Assembly: GCF_018350175.1 (NCBI RefSeq)
Contig: NC_058368.1
Span: 134,852,001-134,916,000, forward strand
DNA length: 64,000 bases
Direction: 5' to 3'
From: Felis catus
Taxonomy: Eukaryota
Numbering within the stretch: the first letter of the stretch is position 1; each line of letters starts with the position of its first letter. The notes under the pieces are model-generated. The model was not told where the DNA came from. It searched no databases and was given only the letters and a program-made list of their open reading frames with translations. This document shows, in pieces, positions 49,446-61,770 of this stretch. A program made the translations under genes and the position numbers.

Positions 49446-50240
49446 TATCTCTTGTCTTCTTTAATCTATTTATTTTCCTTCAGGGAGCATGGAATACCTG
49501 TGGGATTTTGAAATGTGAAAAGCAAGTATCTAAGGGAGAACAAAAGTAGTACATTTTGATTGGGGGTGTCATACAGGCTTTTAAGAAATACCATGGATAA
49601 AGGAGGGGAAAATTTTGAAAGGCACCCAGTTTGAAGCAGGAAGAAATGCGTGGAGGTGAGAAAATGTATGTGTTTGTTCATGTTAATGCTCAGAGAGTTC
49701 AATCACTTACCTGAGTAACCATCATCTGGAAACCCTTGGAGAGTTTTCAAGAATTCAAAAGCACATTCAGATGGCAGCTTCCAGGTTTCTTCTTGACTTG
49801 GCATCTTTTTCCTACTCTCAATCTCCCCATATATCCTTCATCTTTTGTTAACAGTGAACACCGGATACAATACAAGAAAGTCTAACTAAAAGAGACAACT
49901 TCATGACCCAGAATTTTCCAGAGCATGCCTTGAGGTCCAAACTCCTTTAGAAACTGTTAATATCTAAGACAGTTTACTTTGGACTATAGCAACCCTGAAA
50001 CATTCACTGAATGTAAAGGTCATTGTTTAAAGACTTGATCTTTGTCTCCTTGTCTAATTCTTATATCCTCTGCTGGAGAAAAAAAAATCACATAGTGATT
50101 TTTAGCTCAAAAGTGTATGTAAAGGACTAAATAAAATAAAATAAAATAAAATTTCGTGTTATATATAGGCAAAATTGCTTCACACAATTTCACAAGGACC
50201 TTCATGAATATTTAATGCACCTTTGAGAGATGACTTCCTT

Positions 50241-51830
50241 TTTTTTAAATTTAACTTTATTTTTTTATTTTGTAAAATATACATCCAAATTAGTTAGTAT
50301 ATAGTGAAGCAATGATTTCAGGAGTAGATTCCTTAATACCCCTTACCCATTTAGTCCATCCCCCCTCCCACAACCCCTCCAGCAACCCTCAGTTTGTTCT
50401 CCATATTTATGAGTCTCTTTTGTTTAGTCCCCCTCCCTGTTTTTATATTATTTTTGTTTCCCTTCCCTTATGTTCATCTGTTTTGTCTCTTAAAGTCCTC
50501 ATATGAGTGAAGTCATATGACTTTTGTCTTTCTCTGATTTCACTTAGCATAATAACCTCCAGTTCCATCTACATGGTTGCAAATAGCAAGATTTCATTCT
50601 TTTTGATTGCTGAGTAATACTCCATTGCATATATATACCACATCTTCTTTATCCATTCATCCATCAATGGACATTTGGGCTCTTTCCATACTTTGGCTAT
50701 TGTTGATAGTGCTGCTATAAACATGGGGGTGCATGTGTCCCTTCAAAACAGCACACCTGTATCCCTTGGATAAATGCCTAGTAGTGCAATTGCTGGGTCG
50801 TAGGGTAGTTCTATTTTTAGTTTTTTGAGAAACCTCCATACTGTTTTCCAGAGTGGCTGCACCAGCTTGCATTCCCACCAACAATGCAAAAGAGATCCTC
50901 TCTCTTCACATCCTCGCCAACATTTGTTGTGGCCTGAGTTGTTAATGTTAACCATTCTGACAGATGTAAGGTGGTATCTCATTGTGGTTTTGATTTGTAT
51001 TTCCCTGATGATGAGTGATGTTGAACACTTTTTCATGTGTTGGTTGGCCATCTGGATGCCTTCTTTGGAGAAGTGTCTATTCATGTCTTTTGCCCATTTC
51101 TTCACTGGATGGTTTGTTTTTTGGGTGTTAAGTTTGATAAGTTCTTATCTTTGATAAATCTTTGATTTATCTTTGATAAGATTTTGGATACTAACCCTTA
51201 TCTGATATGTCATTTGCAAATATCTTCTCCCATTCTGTCAGTTGCCTTTTAGTTTTGCTGATTGTTTCCTTTGCTGTGCAGAAACTTTTTATTTTGATGA
51301 GGTCCCAGTAGTTCATTTTTGCTTTTGTTTCCCTTGCCTCCGGAAACATGTTGAGTAAGAAATTGCTGCGGGCAAGATCAAAGAGGTTTTCGCTTGCTTT
51401 CTCCTCGAGGATTTTGATGGCTTCCTGTCTTACATTGAGGTCTTTCATCCACTTTGAGTTTATTTTTGTGTTCATTCTTCTGCATGTCGCTCTCCAGTTT
51501 TCCCAGCACCACTTGCTGAAGAGACTGTCTTTATTGCATTGGATAGTCTTTCCTGCTTTGTCAAAGATTAGTTGGCCATACATTTGTGGGTCCATTTCTG
51601 GGTTCTCTATTCTGTTCCATTGATCTGAGTGTCTGTTCTTATGCCAGTACCATACTGTCTTGATGATTACAGCTTTGTAGTATAGCTTGAAGTCCAGGAT
51701 TATGATGCCTCCTGCTTTGGTTTTCTTTTTCAAGATTGCTTTGGCTGTTTGGGGTCTTTTCTGGTTCCATACAAATTTTAGGATTATTTGTTCTAGCTCT
51801 GGGAAGAATGCTGGTGTTACTTTGAAAGGG
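50241..51830 (-). mobile_element. 5'-truncated carnivore L1 (ORF2 C-terminus plus 3'UTR)
   Basis: ORF2 peptides in track ORFs 51191-51865 and 50743-51105 (CWRGC...HCWWEC); 17-bp TSD with 2 mismatches at 50224-50240 / 51831-51847. Confidence 0.95.
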
Positions 51831-51898
51831 TGAGAGATGACATTCTTATTTGATAGATGGAACATTCAGGTTCCAGAGGGTTAAGAAAGCATCCCTAT

Positions 51899-53409
51899 AA
51901 CCACAAAAGGTCCCAAATAGTCAAAGTAATTTTGAAGAAGAAGACCAAAGCAGGAGGCATCACAATCCCAGACTTTAGCCTCTACTACAAAGCTGTAATC
52001 ATCAAGACAGCATGGTATTGGCACAAAAACAGACACATAGACCAGTGGAATAGAGTAGAACCCCCAGAACTAGACCCACAAATGTTTGGCCAACTAATCT
52101 TTGACAAAGCAGGAAAGAACATCCAATGGAAAAAAGACAGTCTCTTTAACAAATGGTGCTGGGAGAACTGGACAGCAACATGCAGAAGATTGAAACTAGA
52201 CCACTTTCTCACACTATTCACAAAAACAAACTCAAAATGGATAAAGGACCTGAATGTGAGACGGGAAAGCATCAAAACCCTAGAGGAGAAAGCAGGAAAA
52301 GACCTCTCTGACCTCAGCCGTAGCAATTTCTTACTTGACACATCCCCAAAGGCAAGGGAATTAAAAGCAAAAATGAACAACTTGGACCTTATGAGGATAA
52401 AAAGCTTCTGCACAGCAAAGGAAACAACCAACAAAACTAAAAGGCAACCAACAGAATGGGAAAAGATATTTGCAAATGACATATCGGACAAAGGGCTAGT
52501 ATCCAAAATCTATAAAGAGCTCACCAAACTCCACACCCGAAAAACAAATAATCCAGTGAAGAAATGGGCAGAAAACATGAACAGACACTTCTCTAAAGAA
52601 GACATCCGGATGGCCAACAGGCACATGAAAAGATGCTCAACGTCGCTTCTCATCAGGGAAATACAAATCAAAACCACACTCAGATATCACCTCACACCAG
52701 TCAGAGTGGCCAAAATGAACAAATCAGGAGACTACAGATACTGGAGAGGATGTGGAGAAACGGGAACCCTCTTGCACTGTTGGTGGGAATGCAAATTGGT
52801 GCAGCCGCTCTGGAAAACAGTGTGGAGGTTCCTCAGAAAATTAAAAATAGACCTACCCTATGACCCAGCAATAGCACTGCTAGGAATTTGCCCAAGGGAT
52901 ACAGGAGGACTGATGCATAGGGGCACTTGTATCCCAATGTTTATAGCAGCACTCTCAACAATAGCCAAATGATGGAAAGAGCCTAAATGTCCATCAACTG
53001 ATGAATGGATAAAAAAATTGTGGTTTATATACACAATGGAGTACTACGTGCCAATGAGAAAGAATGAAATATGGCCCTTTATAGCAACATGGATGGAACT
53101 GGAGACTGTCATGCTAAGTGAAATAAGCCATACAGAGAAAGACAGATACCATATGGTTTCACTCTTATGTGGATCCTGAGAAACTTAACAGAAACCCATG
53201 GGGGAGGGGAAGGAAAAAAAAAAGAGGTTAGAGTGGAAGAGAGCCAAAGCATAAGAGACTCTTAAAAACTGAGAACAAACTGAGGGTTGATGGGGGGGTG
53301 GGAGGGAGGGGAGGGGAGGTGATGGGTATCGAGGAGGGCACCTTTTGGGATGAGCACTGGGTATTGTATGGAAACCAATTTGACAATAAACTTCATATAT
53401 TGAAAAAAA
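51899..53409 (+). mobile_element. Young 5'-truncated L1 (L1_Fc-like)
   Basis: ~357 uninterrupted ORF2 codons, G-rich 3'UTR, AATAAA and A tail; perfect TSD AAGAAAGCATCCCTAT at 51883-51898 / 53410-53425 after TT|AAGA. Confidence 0.97.
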
Positions 53410-54062
53410 AAGAAAGCATCCCTATGATGGCATATAAAGAAGGACAATATAATATCTGGTCACAGTAATGATAATAACTGCCACTCATTGTCTTGACTGC
53501 TTTGTACTAAGCTCTATGTGCCATATTTGTGTTACCTTACTTAATTTTTTTTGCCTAGAGTTTACAGATGAGGAAGCTGAAGCTTTAACAAGGCTGTATA
53601 GAATATTAAAAACTCATGCAGCCAGTTTGTGATACAGCTGGGACCCAAAACCATGTCTACCTCATGCCAGAGCCTGTGTTCAGACACGAGAAGCCTGTAT
53701 TATCTTCAATTATATGAAATGTCTTTAGCCGTGTGTCACATCTTAGGGAACAGGGACTCACAACAACCTCGTCTCCAAAGATACAGATTTGGTGACAACA
53801 GTAAACAGATTTCGGTGCATCCATTCTAGAATGCCATTCTTCATCCCTGGGCTACATTTCCACCTATCCAAGTGCTCCCCATGGACCCTGATTCCTCTAA
53901 CCAGCCCTCCCTTTACTCTCCACTCCTTCTCACTGATTTTTCATTACATTTACTTTCTAACACTCTCATTTGGCCTTAAGTTCTATCTTCCATTTCAGTC
54001 AGGAATAATTTTCAAATATGAGAAAAGCCACCTAAAAAGTGGCTTCAGTAAATATTATCAGA

Positions 54063-54275
54063 GGGGCGCCTGGGTGGCTCAGTTGGTTGGGCGTCCAACT
54101 TCAGCTCTGGTCATAATCTCATAGTCCATGAATTCGAGCCTCGTCTTGGGCTGTGGGCAGACTGCTCAGAGCCTGGAGCTTGCTTCAGATTCTGTGTCTC
54201 CTCCTGTCTCTGCCCCTCTCCCACTAACCCTCTCTTTCTCTTTCTCAAAAATGAATAAATGTTAAAAAAATGATG
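54063..54275 (+). mobile_element. Can-SINE nested in an old MLT1J/K-like LTR (~53995-54700)
   Basis: SINE head and tail; flanks cacattcaaggcaggaagg, ttggccaagactgggttatgtgg. Confidence 0.88.
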
Positions 54276-54992
54276 AAATAAATATTACTAGAAATCTGGA
54301 GGCAGGCAGTTGGGGTCAGTTTGGTGATACAACAATGCCATCCATGACTGAGGTTCCTTTCATGCTTTACATATAGTTTTTTTGGCCTCACCTTTGATGC
54401 TTCGTGGTCACAAGATAACTCCTCCATATTAGCCATTAGATTCACATTCAAGGCAGGAAGGAGAGGAAGGAATGAGCCCTCTTCTTACACTGGGTCCCTT
54501 TTATAAAGGGAGAGGAAACTTTCCCAAATGCCTTCAGCAGACTTTATATCTCCTTGGCCAAGACTGGGTTATGTGGACATTCCCAGCTTCCAGTGAGGCC
54601 AGGAAAGAGAGTACCTCACTTCTTAATCTACAGTGGAAGGTGGGCAAGGAGAAGGTACTAGACTGACTCCTGGGTCAGCCAGTCAATGGTGTTTGCCCCT
54701 GTGGCTTCATAGTCCCTTTCAGCTCTTTTCGTTTAATCCTCTGTCATTCCCACACACACCATACATTTCCTGAAGGCAGTGTTTTTAATTCTCTCTTCAC
54801 TGTGCCCCCTCCCCACTCTCACAAAGGCCTCGGGCACATTAGTGGTATTATATAAATACCTGTGAAATTCACTTATTAAGTTTAAAAAAAATACCTATAC
54901 ATATAAGGAGTATTCTTTTTTGACATTTTATTTTTTTTAATTTTGATTGAGACAAAAAGTGAAAGGAAACCTTTGAGAAATCCCATCAAGAT

Positions 54993-55223
54993 TTAAAAAA
55001 AAATTTTTTTTTAATGCTTATTTTTTGAGAGAGAGAGAGAGAGAGAGACAGAGTGTGAGCAGGGGAGGGACAGAGAGAAAGAGGGAGACACAGAATCCGA
55101 AGCGGGCTCCAGGCTCCGAGCTGTCAGCACAGAGCCCGACGTGGGGCTCGAACTCACAAGCTGTGAAATCATGACCTGAGCCGCAGTCAAATGCTTAACT
55201 GACTGAGCCACCCAGGCGCCCCC
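54993..55223 (-). mobile_element. Can-SINE
   Basis: Full reverse-complement structure; flanking repeat tcaagattt. Confidence 0.95.
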
Positions 55224-55849
55224 GTCAAGATTTGACTGTATTTCACTATTGTGAAAAAAAACCATGCAATTCTCAGAGCAGAAGGGAGGTCGCTGAACCT
55301 AACACTTTCTTTTCTGATTTGGCCACTTTTGCCAACCATTTCCATGATGGCTGACCGCTTACGGAGCCTGCGCTGGACACACCACAGGAAGTCAAGCCTG
55401 CATTTGCCTTTTGTTGGCAGAACTAATCACAGGTTTGCTGGGGTGGAAATTTGAAACTATTGGTTAAGGTTGGTTCTGTTACTGCTTTGTCTCAAGGGTA
55501 GGCACAGTGAAGGCTCACAAAGACAATATTGACTTAGCATTCCTGAAACATTTCTGAGCCCCTTTACCCAATCCTTAGTCATTGCTCTTTTTAAGTATCC
55601 ATGATACTTCCTTGCCTTTTCTTTCCCATCATTTGCATTGCCTCCCTACTTGCCCCTGCTCTCGAAATGGCCTTTAAAAAATACATTTTGAAAAATAAAT
55701 AAATAAAAAATACATTTTGGAGTCATAAGTTCAGTGAACAGAAAGAAATGCTGTGCTGAAAGAAAGCCTGAATTTTAGCCAAAGTCAACACGTAAGCTGG
55801 AAAAGTTCCACCTTACAGCAATATTCTCAGTGATAAAGCTGATGACAAT

Positions 55850-56290
55850 GGCAGTAGCCAGCTTACGGAATGGCCTCCATGATGGTTCCAGGGATTCTTG
55901 ACCCCTGGTATTTATGGTCCTAGGTAGTCCCTTCCACACTGAATCTGGCTGACCCATGTAACCAGGGGAAGTCTGCACTGGGGGAAACATGCTGGATGTC
56001 ATGAGAACATTCAAGTAGCCCTGAGAGGTCCATATGGTGAAGAACTAAGGCCTCCTTTCAAAAAAAAAAAAAAAAAAAAAAAAAGCCAGCATCAACTTGC
56101 CAGCCATGTGAGGACACTGTCTGAGAACCAAATCCTCAAGCCCTAGTCAAACCTCAGATGACACAGCCCTGGAAGCTATATTGACTGCAAATTCCTGAGA
56201 ATTCTCAAACCTGAGCCACTCAGCTTAACTTCCCCCAAATTTCTGACTTACTACAATAAACGTTTATTGTTTTTTGGAAGCCACTAATCC
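55850..56290 (+). mobile_element. MLT1F-like MaLR LTR with an internal A run
   Basis: ggtccatatggtgaagaactaaggcctc...aacttgccagccatgtgag...aataaacgtttattgttt. Confidence 0.7.
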
Positions 56291-57935
56291 TAAGACACTA
56301 CCATACTCATTCTCTCAGTGTTTAATATTCAGCCTTTCAAGTTCAACCTCATAACCAACTGATATGAGGTAGGAAGAATGGGCACAACAATCTACACTTC
56401 ACAAACGAGCGTGCACAGGCTCAGAGAGATGAGGCAGGACGGCCAGGATCACATTGCTAATGCATGATAGTGCCTGGCCAAGGACCCTGGTCATCTGACT
56501 TCTAGTTTGGGATATTTTCTACCATGGCCCTCTGTTAAACCAGTGGGGTGTAAGGAAAGTAGCAACAGAGCTTTCATTTCATTCCTTGCCTCTGAGTAAT
56601 GGATCATTGGCGTAACTACTAGACTGAGTAGGGTTCAAGCTGACACCAGCTTAGATCTCTAGCCTCTCACTGGGATCACAGATAATCCACCTATTGCCCT
56701 GGGCATCCTGAGCACAGGAGCCATGCTACCTGAGCTAGGTGATGGAAATGTACATGCTATCTCCAAATTAAATTTCTTTTCCTTTTCCTTCTTTAGCCTC
56801 AGCCTTCCTCTGGACATCTTTGTCTCTCTCCAAAGAAGGTTTTGAAGTCAGACGGAAAGATGATGACTCAGGTTGCTTCCTCTTAGCTCACAGTTCCCAT
56901 TAGAATATGCCATTCTCACCCGGTTCAAGAGCTTCCCAGCTATTTGGAGCCAAGCTTTGGGTAGAGAAGAAGGCCCCATGCTTTCTATGATTTCTTTTTT
57001 CCACATTCTCCCCATCATAGCTTCTTTCCAATGCTACCTCCATTTCCAGAAGAACCCAGTTTCCAGGAGATAGGAAATGGCACTTGGCCACAGGATCGGG
57101 CTCACACTTTGCAAATCCCTGATTAGAGGGCAGCTCTCAAGGCTTTGGATGTGAAACATGTTTTCCCAGTTTGGACCATAGCAAAGAGAGAAGGCACGTA
57201 GAGGTAAGAGCTTTAAGCATCCCTGTCTGCAGGACTATAAAACAGGAATTTAGTTGAGTAGAGTGTTAGCAAACCATTTCAGCTAAATTTTCCTTTCTGC
57301 CATTGGATACTCCCCTCATGGCAGAGAATGATCAGCCACACCCTCTGCGTCACTCAAGGTCATACGCCTCACTGCTCTACTAGTCCACAGGAAGGCTGGA
57401 CTCCCTGTTTACAAACACAAAAGGGGAGCAGCTAAGATCAAACGGGACTTCTACTTTTCTAAAGCTTTTGTATATTTATAGGCTTTCATAGTTGGACACA
57501 TTCTTGGAAGTAATATACCTCAACCATTGCATTTTACTAAACAAGACACATCTGGGGTTGACGAGAGGCCTGTGGCACTGTGTCTTGTGCTTGTTCCCCA
57601 CACATGGTATGGCCTTCCCTATAACCTACTCACCTTGCCGACAGATAACTCAGAATAGCTCCTTTTCTGTCATCCCTCTACCTGAGGCTCACAGTATGGG
57701 GACTGACCACATGAAAGTTTGGGAGTAACCTACCCTTAGGACCTCCTCAATGGGAATCTGCTATAACATTCTGGAACATAACACATTTACTAAAAAACTG
57801 TCACTTAAACTCTCTGTGACCCCTCTGATTTCTTCTTCATCTGTGAAATGGGTTCAATAATAATACCTGTTTCATGCAGTGTTAGGAGAATTAAATGGAA
57901 ACAAACAAACAAAACTATGTAAAAAACAGCTCAGT

Positions 57936-58412
57936 GGGGCACTTGAGTGGCTCAGTTGGTTGAGTATGTGACTTCGGCTTGGGTCATGCTCTCACAGCTT
58001 GTGGGTTCGAGCCTCACACTGGGCTCTGTGCTAACAGCTTGGAGCCTGGAACCTGCTTTGGATTCTGTGTCTTCTCTCTCTGCCCCTCCTCGCTCATGCT
58101 CTCTCTCTCTCTCTCCTTCGAAAATAAATAGATATTAACAAAATTTAAAAAACAAAACCAACGGGGGTGGCTGGGTGGCTCAGTCAGTTGAGCGTCGGAT
58201 TTCGGTTCAGGTCATGATCTGGCGGTTTGTGAGTTCGAGCCCTGTGTCGGGCTCTGTACTGACAGCTCAGAGCCTGGAGCCTGCTTGGGATTCTGTGTCT
58301 CCTCTCTCTGCCCCTCCCCCGCTTGTGCTCTGTCTCTCTCTGTCTCTCAAAAATAAATAAATAAAGGTAAAAAATTTTTTAAAAAATTTAAAAAAACAAA
58401 ACAAACAAACAA
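57936..58412 (+). mobile_element. Two tandem Can-SINEs (57936-58160, 58163-58412) inside a MIR
   Basis: Two heads, bodies and tails; outer repeat agctcagt; MIR core ttcatctgtgaaatggg upstream, cagtgcctggca downstream. Confidence 0.92.
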
Positions 58413-59399
58413 ACTTAGCTCAGTGCCTGGCATGCAGAGAGTGGCCAGGGACTGTGGCATCGATAAGAAACAATCACACGGAGAAGACATCTCTGTGGAG
58501 TAGTGAAGATGTACCAAGGAGGAAGAGTCATACAAAGAGCCATTATTCAGAACATTTATCAAAAGTTGTTCGAGCCAACACAATATTACAAGAGGGCTAG
58601 ATCAGGCCAAGGGGAAGAGAGAGGCCTCTGTAAGGGGAGGATCCGAGGAAGCAGCCAGCAGGGGGGAGAAGGCAAGCAGACCAAATGAACGAGAGGGGGA
58701 AAAGAAACGGAGAACCAGGCCGACACGTTTACATTTTAACTCTCCGGGGCAGCTGGAAGAAAGCCTTTATCCTCCTAGCCACGCTGAGAAGGTGGCCTTA
58801 GGTAAGCCCTGTGAGGAAGAAGGAAGGGATAAAGGAAACATGCACGACTGATGGCAGTGAAATCCTTGGGCTACCCACCTATTACCAGGCTCTCTGGAAA
58901 GCAGTCACTGGGCTGGGACCCACCAACAGGCCCTCGTATCGTTGGCGTTCCCCACTCACTCTCTCTCAGCCTTAACATTCCGCTTCCCTGGGGGCTGCTA
59001 GACAGACGCCAGGGGCAGCCGTGGGCTCCGGCCTGGAGGCATGCAGAATCCCATTCCTCCTTGCCCACTTCTGCAAGCTACACTCCAGGCTCCTCCACTT
59101 ACCTCAGTGACATTTTCTCCCAGGAGGACAGCCGGAGCAAGCGAGCCTGAATGGATGGCTTATTTGTTGAAAAGCCCTTAGGGGCGTTTGTGGGTAGTGA
59201 CCAGGCCTTAGCACCAACTTGCTAAGTAACTTTGGGCAGGTAACTTAGCTGTAGACGCCACATCTATAAAATGAGACTTATGGCTGCTGTTATCCCAGAG
59301 AAGAGGTTTGGATCAGGAAAATTTTAAAAGAGATTGCCACAGGACAAGATGGCAGTTAATTGCAAGCCATTCTGATGTAACTAGGACTCTCTGGTGGGC

Positions 59400-59545
59400 A
59401 AAAAAGTAAAAGAGAGGAAAAAGAGAGAAGTGGAGCAGAGGGAAGAGAGGGGGGAAGGAGGAAGGAAGGACGGACGGAAGGAAGGAAGGAAGGAAGGAAG
59501 GGAGGAAAGGAAGAAAGGAAAGAAGGAAGGAAGGAACGAAGAAAT
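59400..59545 (+). repeat. Purine-rich / (GGAA)n tract
   Basis: Direct read. Confidence 0.9.
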
Positions 59546-59907
59546 GTTTTTAAAATGCTAAGGTAACTGCAAAGTAAGTGGAGTCATTCCTACACTCTAG
59601 CCTGAGGGGAAAGAAGACACTGGCTTTCTACTTCCCAGAAAACCTAAAGAATGACGGACATCGAAGGACTTTAGAGGGGAAGGTGAGTAAATTCTGCCCA
59701 AGACTCATTATGTACATTCCTGCTCTTAGGACCATCTCCCTGCCTGGCTTTGCAACAATTTCTAGGGTCACCCTGAAGAGTTTGGGGTATGTGAATTCAT
59801 CTATTTGCTCGGAGAACCAACTAGCTCAACAGAATAGATAAGCCAAGAACATGGTGTGGTTTGCCTGGAAGAAGCAATGCCTCCTCAGAACTTTCTCGTG
59901 CTCTATA

Positions 59908-60410
59908 TAAGTGGTTCTCGAAATGTGTTTCCCCAGGAACTTGTAAGAAAGTCACATTTGTGGACCCCACTGAGACTTACCAAATTGGAAATTCTGGGGA
60001 TGGGACCCAGCAATCAATGTTATAATAAGCCATCTGGGTGATTCTCATGCTTGGCTAAAGTTTGAGAACCATTGGTCAACACCAGTGTTCTTGGAACTTT
60101 AACCTAGTACAAAATACCTAACAGTGTGTTAATCTGTAGGGTTTGATTCAGAAAGTCTAGGTGAGGCCCGAGACATCTAATGAACTTCTAGCTCCTTATG
60201 CCCTGGCGTCTGGACAGCACTTTAACTAGCAGAGCTCCACATCAGTGATTCGCATAAGAATTCACAGGAAAATCATCCAGGGAGATTTATAGACTATCAG
60301 GGCTCAAGCCCACCCACAGAAATGCTGATTCAGTAGGTTTAAGGTTGCATCCCAGCACTGCACTCAGAAAAAAAAAAATCTTCTAGGTAGTTCTGACTAG
60401 GGTGAAACCT
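59908..60410. mobile_element. Cluster of MER5-like hAT fragments
   Basis: agtggttctc...ggacccagcaatc...aagtttgagaaccattg, with further degenerate copies. Confidence 0.65.
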
Positions 60411-60966
60411 GTTGCCTACACTTTCAACTTTATTGCATTCGATTTACAATACTTGAAGTCCTGTTTGTTTTACATTCGCTCAAGAGTGTACTGGGCCATT
60501 GTAAATGCCTATCCATGAGGTGGCTTAGTGACACAAGGGTGGGGAGAACCGAGGCATTTCAGAAGGGTGGGAAGACAGTAGAAGTTCTATGCAGCTGGGA
60601 GGAGGGAGGTGCTGATGCCACACCATGGGTGTTTCAAGTCTTATCTGGGGTTGCCCCATGTTTCTTTGAGGATTACAGGGAATTTTTCAGTTGTAGGAGG
60701 CGTCAGGAAACAGTGGGAAAGATGGAAATGGGCAAAAAAAGGTGATTGATATCTGGGATAGTACACTGGGTTATCTCTGCCTTTCAACGAAACCACAACT
60801 CTTGTCAATTGTAGAATACAAATAGTGATACAAACCACTTTCTTCGTAGAAAGAATGTACAGGCAGATTATGAGGAGATGTACTCAATTATTGTTCTATA
60901 TTGACAATTTTATATCAATTGATTAAATTCATTTCAGGATTCCTGAGGGCCTATGTATATTCTGTG

Positions 60967-61176
60967 GGTTTTTTTAAGTTTATTTATTTATTTTGAGAAA
61001 AAGAGAGAGAGAGCAGGGGAGGGACTAAGAGAGAGAGGAAGAGAGAGAATCCCAAGCAGGCTCTGCACTGTCAGCACAGAGCCCAGTGTGGGTCTTGACC
61101 TCACGAACCATGAGATCATGACCTGAGCTGAAATCAAGCATCAGATGCTTAACCAAGTGAGCCACTCAGGAGTCCC
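60967..61176 (-). mobile_element. Can-SINE
   Basis: Reverse-complement structure. Confidence 0.92.
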
Positions 61177-61349
61177 TATTGTATGGGTTTTTAATTAATC
61201 TTTGCAACAGTTGTGTCATGTGACCAGCTCCTTAATTAATTAGTGAGTTAAATAACATCTATGACATGTCTGTTTTATATTGGTAGAGGGTCATGGTTTC
61301 ACCACTGTAAAAAAAAAATAGTTAACGAAGGGAATGAGCTTCCCTGGGG

Positions 61350-61770
61350 AGTGTGGTGACATAATAGAGATTTCTACTCCATCATCCAGGACCTCTGAAT
61401 ATACTTACCTTCCTTGGTAAAAGGGACTTCCCAGGTGTGATTAAATTAAGGCTCCTGAGATAGGAAGGTTAGCATGAATGACTTGGGGGAGAGGCGCAAT
61501 GTGGTCACAAGGGTCCTCATACGAGGGAGGGAGTCAGAAGAACCACAGTCAACGAGAAGATAGGACAAAGCAGAGGTCAGAGAAATGGGCAGGCGGGGTC
61601 CCAAGCCAAAGAGGCAGGATGGCTTTACAGGAAAAGGCAAGGGAATGGGTTCTCCACCAGGTTTTCCTGAAGGCAGCTCTCCCTTGACGGTAGAGCTGTT
61701 TGTGATCTGACCCCCGGAACTGTGAGATAACTACCTTTATTGTCATTTGTTACAGAAGCTATGGAAAGAC
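61350..61770 (+). mobile_element. MLT1D-like MaLR LTR
   Basis: ggtaaaagggactt...gtgattaaattaagg...cacaagggtcctcata...gaactgtgagataa. Confidence 0.7.

Noticed and set aside
51857..52972. 371-aa ORF as a possible host gene or domesticated protein
   Set aside because: 5'-truncated L1 ORF2 C-terminus; the ATG comes by chance from flanking DNA, and no EN or RT domain is present.
50241..53409. Single twin-primed (5'-inverted) L1
   Set aside because: Both arms cover the same L1 region, have distinct 3'UTRs and carry separate TSDs.
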